Under the pieces are notes generated by a model. That model worked only from the letters and a program-made list of their open reading frames with translations. It did no database searches and was not told where the DNA came from. The translations under genes were made by a program, and so were the position numbers. A stretch of DNA of 64,000 nucleotides from Acidobacteriota bacterium. Its GTDB lineage: Bacteria > Acidobacteriota > Terriglobia > Terriglobales > Acidobacteriaceae. Location: the NCBI GenBank assembly GCA_021780075.1, contig JAJXZL010000024.1:3975-67974 (forward strand), read 5' to 3'. This document shows positions 22,983-30,404 of the stretch, piece by piece (position 1 is the first letter of the stretch; every line of letters begins with the position of its first letter).

Positions 22983-25667
22983 TTAGAAGTTGAGCGTCAC
23001 CTTTGCCGTGAGCGCGCGCGGCGTGATGTAGTGCGTGCCGCTGAACGTGGAGAGGAAGTTGTAGAGCGCGTACTGGTTGGCGATGTTCACCGCGGTCAGG
23101 TTCAGGTCCAGCTTGTAGCGGTCCGCGCGGAACAGATTGTCCTGCCCGATGGAGAGGTCAAACAGGCTGCGCGGTGCGACGCGCACCGGGTTCTTGTCCG
23201 GGTTCTGGGTACCCGGCGCAGGCAGCGAGATGAGCGACGAGCCGTACTGCGACGGCGCGCACGACGTGAACCCCTGCGTCAGCGTCGCCTTCACGCCGCC
23301 GCAAGTTACGCCTGCCTCAAACTGCTCGTCGTTGGTCAGGCCGCTCAGGTCCACGGGCGTGGTGTTGTTCACTGCAAACGGCATACTGCCCGCGACCGCG
23401 CCGGAGTCAAAATGCCAGTTCCAGCCCGCCCACGGCCCGCTCTTGCCAATTTGATATTGCAGGTGCGTGGTCTCGTTGAACTTCTCGTCGTGGTCAATGC
23501 GGAAGGGTTGCCCGCTCTGGCCCACTGTGGCTCCCGCACCCGCCACCTGCGGCGGAAAGAAGCGCGCTGACACCGAGGACATCACCGCATAGGCGCTGAA
23601 GTGATGCACCTCCGGCACCTCCACATTGAGCGCGAAGCCGGGAATCTTGGAGTTGTGCCAGTCAATCGGGAAGGTGATGGGCGTGTTGCCCAGCACGGCA
23701 AAGTCAAAGGCGTTGTGCGTGTACTTCCAGATGTACTCGCCGCTGACGACGACGTGCTGGCCCACGGCCTGCTGAAAGCCCGCGTGAAATTCATTGCGGA
23801 AGCCCGGATTCTCAGTCCCGGAAACTCCCGGCGTGCAACTGAGCAGCGGCGCCAGCACCGCGTTCAGGCAGCCCTCGCTCGAGAGCACCAGGTTTTCATT
23901 GAACGGCGTCTCCAGCGTGCGCGCATAGCTCACGCGCAGCACGGTGTTCGTGGGCTTGACGCTGTAGGCGATGCCCAGCCGCGGCTCTGCCTGGCTGGCC
24001 GCCGTCAGGCCGTTGTACACGTCGCCGCGCAGCCCCACGCTGAAGAGCCAGTTGCCTGCCTTGATCTGGTCCTCGATGTAGGCGGAAATCTCCTTGATAT
24101 CCGCTTGGCCAAAGTAGTTGTAGAAGCTGCCGCCGCGCGTCAGGTCGTAGGGCCGCAGCACAGAGAAGTAATTGGGATTGATGCTGGCGAGGCCATTGGC
24201 ACACTCGGCGGGGTCAGAGTAGCCCGGCAGCGGATTGCCCGCGGCATCCACGCAAGGCGCGTTATAGGTCGAGTCCACAATGCCGGGGTTGTCGTGCTCG
24301 CGCAGAAAGGTGTGCTCATAGGTGACGCCCGCTTTGGCGTTGTGCCTGCCCCGCGCGTAGGTCAGGTCTGCATGAATGCCGGCGTTCAGCAGCGTGCGGT
24401 ACTGCCCGATGGACGAGGTCTGCAAATTCACGGGGCCCAGATCGGCCAGCGGATTGCCGCTCGCATAGTAGTGGTAGAAATCCTTGCGCGCAAACGCCCC
24501 CACGTTCAGCACGGAGTCATTGCTGACGATGCGCGTGTACGTCGGCGCAATGTTGAAGGTGTCAATCTGCGAGCGCTGATCCGCGTTGCCTACGTTGGCA
24601 AAGGTGGGGCTGGCCGTGGTGCCGCCGCTCACCACGTTCATCACGTTCAGATTGTCGTAGGAGTTCGGCGTCTGGAACCACGAGCGGCTGTAATTCAGGT
24701 TCAGGTGCACGGAGTCGGCGGAGGTAAAGCTCTTGTCTGCGCGGTTAAAGAAGTTTTCCTCGTTCCCCCTGGCATGGAAAACCTTGAACTCCGGCGGGTC
24801 AAGAAAGCGTCCGGTGTTAAGGCCGTCCATCTCAAAGAAGTTGCCCCAGTTCGCGTTGCCGTAGGAGAGGTCCAATCCGCCTGCCGCCGAGCCGAAGGAG
24901 CCATACGACGAGTAGATGCTTCCAGTGGGCTTGGTGACGCCCTGGCCGGAGCGCGTGGTGGCCACGATAACGAGGCTGGTCTTATCGCCATACTCGGCTG
25001 GCGGCGCGCCGGCGATCACCTGCATGGATTGAATCGCATTCGATGGGAGCTGGTTGGAAAATACCTTGCTCTGCTGGTCTGAGATTGCCTGGCCATCGAC
25101 GGAGAACGAGTTGGAGGCATGGTCGCCGAGCCCGTGAAACAGGCCGTTGGAGTCGGCCGAGACGCCGGGCGTGGTGAGCGTGACCAGCGAACTGAGCGAT
25201 GACGACTGGCTCTCCAGAGGCAGCTTTGCAAACTCATCGCGGTCCACGTCGGTGTGAAAAGTCGGGTCGTCTTCAACAAGATCGCCAGAGGCCTCGACCG
25301 TGACGGTGGAAGCCGCGGCCGCAATCTGCAGAATCAGGCTCAGATTGGTGCGCACCGCAGAACGCACAATGATGTTTTCGCTCAAGGGTGCAAAGCCCGC
25401 GGCCGAAACGTCAACCTTGTAGTTGTTGAAGGGAACATTGCCGATGTCAAACTGGCCGGTGGCGTCGGTGGTGGTGGTACGGCTGAGCCTGCTGGCGGAA
25501 TTGGAGAGATGGACGGTCGCGCCGGGAATCACGGCGCCGCTGGGGTCAGTCACCGTGCCATGCACGGTGGCAGCGTTGCCGCCCTGCGCTGCCCATGCAC
25601 CCATGCACCCGGGCAGCAGAAAGAGTGCGGTGAGAATGACAAAAATTGTGCTGTGCTTAAACGGCAA
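22983..25667 (-). CDS. TonB-dependent-receptor-like outer membrane protein with N-terminal carboxypeptidase-regulatory-like domain
   Basis: 894 aa. Signal peptide, then GTVTDPSGAVIPGATVHLSN...TDATGQFDIGNVPFNNYKVDVSAAGF (CarboxypepD_reg fold), a long beta-barrel-type alternating sequence, and C-terminal ...KVTLNF. Confidence 0.85.
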   Translation of the reverse strand: MPFKHSTIFVILTALFLLPGCMGAWAAQGGNAATVHGTVTDPSGAVIPGATVHLSNSASRLSRTTTTDATGQFDIGNVPFNNYKVDVSAAGFAPLSENIIVRSAVRTNLSLILQIAAAASTVTVEASGDLVEDDPTFHTDVDRDEFAKLPLESQSSSLSSLVTLTTPGVSADSNGLFHGLGDHASNSFSVDGQAISDQQSKVFSNQLPSNAIQSMQVIAGAPPAEYGDKTSLVIVATTRSGQGVTKPTGSIYSSYGSFGSAAGGLDLSYGNANWGNFFEMDGLNTGRFLDPPEFKVFHARGNEENFFNRADKSFTSADSVHLNLNYSRSWFQTPNSYDNLNVMNVVSGGTTASPTFANVGNADQRSQIDTFNIAPTYTRIVSNDSVLNVGAFARKDFYHYYASGNPLADLGPVNLQTSSIGQYRTLLNAGIHADLTYARGRHNAKAGVTYEHTFLREHDNPGIVDSTYNAPCVDAAGNPLPGYSDPAECANGLASINPNYFSVLRPYDLTRGGSFYNYFGQADIKEISAYIEDQIKAGNWLFSVGLRGDVYNGLTAASQAEPRLGIAYSVKPTNTVLRVSYARTLETPFNENLVLSSEGCLNAVLAPLLSCTPGVSGTENPGFRNEFHAGFQQAVGQHVVVSGEYIWKYTHNAFDFAVLGNTPITFPIDWHNSKIPGFALNVEVPEVHHFSAYAVMSSVSARFFPPQVAGAGATVGQSGQPFRIDHDEKFNETTHLQYQIGKSGPWAGWNWHFDSGAVAGSMPFAVNNTTPVDLSGLTNDEQFEAGVTCGGVKATLTQGFTSCAPSQYGSSLISLPAPGTQNPDKNPVRVAPRSLFDLSIGQDNLFRADRYKLDLNLTAVNIANQYALYNFLSTFSGTHYITPRALTAKVTLNF

Positions 25668-25854
25668 GGCGTCCCTCCGGATGGCCGATGATGGGGATGT
25701 AATGGGCCGTGGCGCGCGAGCGGCGATATCCCAGAAGCTATCGGAATATCATTCCGCTTCGTGCGTCCTGCTCCTGCAGAGCCACTGCTCTTCGCTTGCG
25801 CGATAGGCAAGTAGAAGCTGGAGTAGCAGACAGGAGAATGCAACCTGAAGATGC

Positions 25855-26175
25855 TTAGCAGGCGGAGGGCGGAGGACGTGTGAAGAGCTGCGGATGCCAG
25901 TGGCGGGCAGGCGCGCGCGCTTCCAGTACAGGCGCGGTAGCCGCAACCTGCACAAGAATGATGACGGCGGCGCTGGCGGCAACCGGAGCGGCCGAGTGCA
26001 TGGTCATGCACAGCGGGCATCGATCGGAGCCGCTGGCGGCTGCGTGTACGTGCGCCACCTGAACCACGGTCAGCAGAGTCACGAGCGCCAGACACACGAG
26101 TATCGTGGCCGCCAAAGAGATTGGCCTGGCGCTGCGATGACTGCGGCGGAAACGTGTCGGGAATCCGGTGATCAA
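25855..26175 (-). CDS. Small membrane protein with His-rich segment and CxxC (DUF2946-like architecture)
   Basis: Reading frame of ORF 25855..26277. A likely TTG start at 26175 is preceded by AAGGATAGAG. It has a TM helix ISLAATILVCLALVTLLTVV, then QVAHVHAAASGSDRCPLCMTMH, a second hydrophobic stretch, and ...FTRPPP. It lies 187 nt upstream of, and co-oriented with, the receptor gene. Confidence 0.45.
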   Translation of the reverse strand: MITGFPTRFRRSHRSARPISLAATILVCLALVTLLTVVQVAHVHAAASGSDRCPLCMTMHSAAPVAASAAVIILVQVAATAPVLEARAPARHWHPQLFTRPPPSAC

Positions 26176-26302
26176 CTTGACCTCTATCCTTAAGGATACA
26201 CAGATTTGGACGCAGTTCAGCGTTCGAGGTCGCACCCGGGCCGGATTCGAACCATGCCCAGCGCAAACACCGGTCATGCGAATTCGTCTAAACTGTGGGT
26301 CA

Positions 26303-27334
26303 ATGAGGCGCTTCCTTCACATGCGGCGGATGCTGACCACGGGCCTGGCTTGCCTGCTTCTGACAGCGACGGCCGCCGCAGCCCAGAGCCAGAAGCCGCT
26401 TCCGCTGAAGCCCGACGTGCCCGGCATGGGCTCGAACCACCGCCTCATCCTCAAGGACGGCAGCTACCAGATCGTACGCCAATATGAAATTGTCGGTGAT
26501 CGCGTGCGCTATATCTCCGTGGAGCGCGGAGGCGGCTGGGAAGAGTTGCCCGCGGACCTGGTGGACTGGGACGCGACTCGCAAGTGGGAGCGCGACCACG
26601 CCAGCGAGGCGACAGACGCCTCACCCGCAATGAAAGAAGCCGAAGAGCTGGACAAGGAAGAGGCCGCCGCACGCGCCGATGAGCGCTATCGCATGCCCGA
26701 AGTGGCCAGGGGGCTGGAGTTGCCCGATGAAGACGGCGTGTTTGTGCTGGACACGTACCGGGGTACGCCGGAGCTTGTGGAGCTAGTACCCACGAATCTC
26801 GACATGAACTCGCGCACATGGCACGGGTGGAGCACGCTGAATCCGCTGGCCGGTTCGCGGACCAATCTTGAGCTGGACGGTGCGCATGCCAAGGCTCATC
26901 TGCATGTGAATGACCCGGCGATATTTCTCTCGCTGGACTCGCGGGATGACGCGGAGCAGATTACAACCCAGGCTCTGACTGTGCAGACAGGTGGAGCGAA
27001 GCAACTGGCCAACGGCAAGCATGGCGCGCATTCGGCGACGTCGGGCTTTGCCATTGTGCATGCGGACGAGCGCAGGGCCGTGCGCATTGTCGGCGCGATC
27101 CACGTGAGTCCCACGGGCAAGGTGACGCAGAGCGAAGACGTAATTCCAGCGAAGGTGGAAGTGCTGCCAGGAAATCACTGGCTCAAGCTCACGCCGGAGC
27201 AGCCTCTGCTGATTGGCGAATACGCGCTCATCGAGATTCTGTCGCCAACGGACATTAGCCAGACTATCTGGGACTTCCGCGTGGACCCAAGACTGGGCGA
27301 TAACCCCGGGTCGCTAAGTCCAATTCTGAAGTAG
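26303..27334 (+). CDS. Hypothetical secreted protein
   Basis: MRRFLHMRRMLTTGLACLLLTATAAAAQS is a signal peptide. The composition of the remaining ~340 aa is ordinary. No family recognised. The ORF-track start at 26168 is trimmed. Confidence 0.65.
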   Translation: MRRFLHMRRMLTTGLACLLLTATAAAAQSQKPLPLKPDVPGMGSNHRLILKDGSYQIVRQYEIVGDRVRYISVERGGGWEELPADLVDWDATRKWERDHASEATDASPAMKEAEELDKEEAAARADERYRMPEVARGLELPDEDGVFVLDTYRGTPELVELVPTNLDMNSRTWHGWSTLNPLAGSRTNLELDGAHAKAHLHVNDPAIFLSLDSRDDAEQITTQALTVQTGGAKQLANGKHGAHSATSGFAIVHADERRAVRIVGAIHVSPTGKVTQSEDVIPAKVEVLPGNHWLKLTPEQPLLIGEYALIEILSPTDISQTIWDFRVDPRLGDNPGSLSPILK

Positions 27335-27363
27335 AGAGAGCGGAAACACGACCACCGGCTTCT

Positions 27364-27394
27364 CCATGCGTGTTCAGTGAGCGCATGGCTTTTG
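27364..27394 (+). terminator. Intrinsic terminator candidate after the 26303-27334 gene
   Basis: CCATGCG(T) at 27364-27371 pairs with (G)CGCATGG at 27381-27388, followed by CTTTTG. Confidence 0.5.
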
Positions 27395-27465
27395 CGGAGC
27401 CCCATCCTTCATGCAAACACGCTTAAAGGGTGGGACTCTGCCGATGCATTCAAACACACACAAAA

Positions 27466-28776
27466 CTATGCTCCAGCCAGAACGGCGGGCTCGCGCTCTT
27501 CCATCGGAACAAACTGGCGTCTACGCTGCCCGGTGTAGATTTGCCGCGGACGAGCAATCTTCTGTTCCGAGTCCATCAGCAACTCCTGCCACTGCGCCAG
27601 CCAGCCGACCGTGCGCGGGATGGCGAAAAGCACCGTAAAGAGCTCTGGCCTGAACCCCACGGCCTGGTAAATGATTCCTGAATAGAAGTCCACGTTCGGA
27701 TACAACTTCCGCTTCACGAAGTACTCATCCTGCAATGCAATCTTCTCCAACTCCAGGGCGATTTCCAGCTTGGGGTTATTGCCCGTGACCTGAAAGACCT
27801 CATCGGCTACTTTCTTGATGATTTTGGCGCGCGGGTCGAAGTTCTTGTACACGCGATGCCCGAAGCCCATCAACTTGCCATGTCCTTCTTTGACTTTACG
27901 GATATAGGCAGGCACGTTGTCCTTGGTTCCGATCTCATCAAGCATCTTGAGCACTTCCTCATTTGCGCCGCCATGCAGGGAACCTGACAACGCAGCAGCG
28001 GCAGCGGCAACGGAAAGGTAGGGATCGGCGAGCGAACTGCCCACTGAACGCATGGTATTTGTGCTGCAGTTCTGCTCATGGTCGGCATGCAGGATGAACA
28101 GGACGTCGAGAGCACGCGCCAGCACCGGGTTGGCCGCATACTTCGGCTCCACCATCTTCCACAGCATGTTCATGAAGTTTCCGGTATAGCTCAGATCGTT
28201 GTCCGGGTAGACGTAGGGGAACCCGACACTGTGGCGATAGGACATGGCGGCGATGGTCGGCATCTTTCCGATCAGGCGCTTGATCTGGTGCAGGCGGGTC
28301 GCAGGATTGTGAACATCCTTGGCTTCCGGATACACCGCGGACAACGCGGCCGCGGTGCTTACCAGCATGGCCATGGGGTGGGCATCATGGCGGAAACCCT
28401 CCATAAACTGCTTGGTGGTCTCGTGCAGCATGGTGTGGTGGGTAATCTCATGCACCCAGTTTTTCAGTTCCGCCTCGTTGGGCAGCTCTCCGAAAAGCAG
28501 CAGATAGGCCACTTCGAGAAAGGTGCAGCGCTCTGCAAGTTCCTCGATCGGATAGCCACGATATTCCAGGATGCCGCGGTCGCCATCGATATAGGTGATG
28601 CTGCTCCGGCAGGAGGCCGTGTTCATGAATGCGGGATCGTACATCATGAGCCCGAAGTCCTCATCGCTGGTACGAATTTTCCTAAGATCCATGGACCGGA
28701 CTGTTCCATCTTCAATGGGTATCGTGTACGTCAGATTGGTGCGATTGTCGGTGATGGTAAGAGTGTCGGATGCCAT
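27466..28776 (-). CDS. gltA: Citrate synthase (type II, hexameric-type length)
   Basis: 436 aa: ITYIDGDRGILEYRGYPIEELA, ILHADHEQNCSTNTMR, GSLHGGANE, MGFGHRVYKNFDPR. Confidence 0.96.
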   Translation of the reverse strand: MASDTLTITDNRTNLTYTIPIEDGTVRSMDLRKIRTSDEDFGLMMYDPAFMNTASCRSSITYIDGDRGILEYRGYPIEELAERCTFLEVAYLLLFGELPNEAELKNWVHEITHHTMLHETTKQFMEGFRHDAHPMAMLVSTAAALSAVYPEAKDVHNPATRLHQIKRLIGKMPTIAAMSYRHSVGFPYVYPDNDLSYTGNFMNMLWKMVEPKYAANPVLARALDVLFILHADHEQNCSTNTMRSVGSSLADPYLSVAAAAAALSGSLHGGANEEVLKMLDEIGTKDNVPAYIRKVKEGHGKLMGFGHRVYKNFDPRAKIIKKVADEVFQVTGNNPKLEIALELEKIALQDEYFVKRKLYPNVDFYSGIIYQAVGFRPELFTVLFAIPRTVGWLAQWQELLMDSEQKIARPRQIYTGQRRRQFVPMEEREPAVLAGA

Positions 28777-28902
28777 AAAAATTTCCCCTCGTCTCGAAGT
28801 CTCGCGTCCTATGAAGAAACAGCCGAAAAGCAGGCCCGCTCAAAGCATGTGGCCGCCCGCCATTGCAACCCTAAATATGATGCGCCTTTGTATACGCTTG
28901 AA

Positions 28903-28918
28903 TGTGATTGTGGTCACA
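28903..28918. promoter_or_regulatory. Perfect CRP/Crp-Fnr-type palindrome TGTGA-N6-TCACA (site 1)
   Basis: TGTGA 28903-28907, TTGTGG, TCACA 28914-28918. The centre is about 134 nt upstream of the gltA start codon (28776, minus strand). Confidence 0.6.
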
Positions 28919-28987
28919 GAAGAAGTTGGCAAAGAAAGAAAAACGGAATGTGCAATCGATTTGATGCGCCCCCTGAGCGTGCGCGAA

Positions 28988-29003
28988 TGTGATTCGAGTC
29001 ACA
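28988..29003. promoter_or_regulatory. Perfect CRP/Crp-Fnr-type palindrome TGTGA-N6-TCACA (site 2)
   Basis: TGTGA 28988-28992, TTCGAG, TCACA 28999-29003. The extended 19-mer AATGTGATTnnnGTCACAG is identical to site 1 apart from the three central bases. The centres are 85 bp apart. Confidence 0.6.
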
Positions 29004-29048
29004 GGAGGAAGGCGGAATAGAGAATAGATGCAGCGGGCGGGCCGCAAC

Positions 29049-30404
29049 TTACTCGCGCACACTGATGCCGAGGGCTTTCATCTTGCGATAGAGGTGGCTG
29101 CGTTCCAGGCCCAGCATCTCGGCGGCGCGGCTCACGTTGTTGCGCGCTTCCTCAATCTTTTTGAGTATGTACTCCCGTTCGTATGCGTCGCGTGCCTGTT
29201 GCAGCGTGGAGAACTCTTCAGTGGAACGGGTGCCGGCCTTGTGCGTAAGAGGCGGCAGATGTTTGCGCTCAATGCGCAGGGTACGCGGGTTGAGAATAAG
29301 CACGCGTTCGATGACATTTTTAAGTTCGCGCACGTTGCCGGGCCAGTGGTAGTGGGCCAGCGCTGCGAGCGCGTCCTCGCTGATCTCCATGCGCGGGCGA
29401 CCGTACTGGCGGCCAAACTCGGCTAGAAATTCACGTACCAGCAAGGGAATGTCCTCCTTGCGCTCGCGCAGCGGGGGTACGAAGAACGGAACCACGTTGA
29501 GGCGGTAGAACAAATCTTCGCGAAAGTTGCCCTTGGCGATTTCTTCTTCGAGATCCTTGTTGGTTGAGGCGATAAGGCGCACGTCGACGCGTAGCGGCTG
29601 CGTGCCTCCGACGGGCGTGAAGAGCTGGTCATCAAGCGCAGAGAGCACCTTGGCCTGCGTTTTCAGGCTCATGTCGCCTACTTCGTCAAGAAAGAGCGTG
29701 CCGCCGTCGGCGCGTTCCAGCGTGCCGCGCTGTTCGGGCGGGCCGCCGGGGCGCGCGCCGTGGCGATAGCCGAAGAGTTCAGCCTCAATGTGCGCCTCAG
29801 GGATGGCGGCGCAGTTCAGCTCAACGAAGATGCCGTCGCGGCGCAGGCTCTCCGCATGGATGGCGCGCGCGATGAGTTCCTTGCCCGTGCCCGACTCACC
29901 ATAGATGAGTACGCGGCCGTTGGTCGGCGCCATGAGGCGTATCTGCTGACGCAGCGCCTTGACGGGAATGCTTTCGCCGGTGAGCACTGAGGCCACGTTG
30001 AACTGGCGCTTGAACTCGATATTTTCCGAGCGCAGGCGGCGCGCCTGCACGGCGTTCTTGAGCGCGATGAGAGTACGGTCGAGCGAGAGCGGCTTCTCAA
30101 GAAAATCGTATGCGCCCAGCTTGGTGGCCTTGACGGCGGCCTCGATAGTGCCGTGGCCGGAGATAATGACGACTTCGGGGCGCGTCTCGGGCGCGAGCGC
30201 ATGAATGTCGGCGAGCACGTCGAGGCCGTCGCGGTCAGGCAGCCAGATGTCGAGCAGCACGACATCGTATTGTGCGTCCTCAAGCAGCACCATGGCTTCA
30301 GCCGCAGTGGCGGCGGTGGATACGCCGTAGCCCTCTTCGCGCAGGATTTCTTCCAGCGAGCTGCGAATTTCCGCCTCGTCGTCCACCACAAGAATGTGGT
30401 TCAT
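29049..30404 (-). CDS. Sigma-54-interaction-domain response regulator (NtrC family, NtrX-like: degenerate GAFTGA loop)
   Basis: Receiver domain ILVVDDE...DVVLLDIWLPDRDG. AAA+ domain GESGTGKELIARAIH...LFLDEVGDM. C-terminal HTH SRAAEMLGLERSHLYRKMKALGI. ELFGYRHGARPGGPPEQ stands in place of ELFGHEKGAFTGA. Confidence 0.9.
   Translation of the reverse strand: MNHILVVDDEAEIRSSLEEILREEGYGVSTAATAAEAMVLLEDAQYDVVLLDIWLPDRDGLDVLADIHALAPETRPEVVIISGHGTIEAAVKATKLGAYDFLEKPLSLDRTLIALKNAVQARRLRSENIEFKRQFNVASVLTGESIPVKALRQQIRLMAPTNGRVLIYGESGTGKELIARAIHAESLRRDGIFVELNCAAIPEAHIEAELFGYRHGARPGGPPEQRGTLERADGGTLFLDEVGDMSLKTQAKVLSALDDQLFTPVGGTQPLRVDVRLIASTNKDLEEEIAKGNFREDLFYRLNVVPFFVPPLRERKEDIPLLVREFLAEFGRQYGRPRMEISEDALAALAHYHWPGNVRELKNVIERVLILNPRTLRIERKHLPPLTHKAGTRSTEEFSTLQQARDAYEREYILKKIEEARNNVSRAAEMLGLERSHLYRKMKALGISVRE

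Noticed and set aside
25781-25787. GCCACTG, the core of the cobalamin-riboswitch B12 box, near a TonB-dependent-receptor-like gene
   Set aside because: It is on the plus strand while the receptor is on the minus strand. It is a 7-mer only, and I found no other conserved riboswitch elements around it.
26243-26253. GGATTCGAACC, the reverse complement of the tRNA T-loop consensus GGTTCGAATCC, suggesting a minus-strand tRNA
   Set aside because: The flanking bases cannot form a 5-bp T-stem; at most 3 pairs are possible. I could build no acceptor, D or anticodon arms. It lies in the 5' region of the small CxxC ORF frame.
25550-26266. 238-aa minus-strand ORF spanning the receptor start region
   Set aside because: It overlaps the 5' end of the receptor gene in another frame and has an Arg/Ser/Pro/Cys-rich artefact-like composition. 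The alternative frame (25855-26175) gives a coherent TM/CxxC protein.
28945-28968. A possible third CRP-like site, GGAATGTGCAATCGATTTGA, between the two perfect palindromes
   Set aside because: Only the left half-site is close (TGTGC). The right half (TTTGA) matches TCACA at 2 of 5 positions. It is probably just a shared GAATGTG word.
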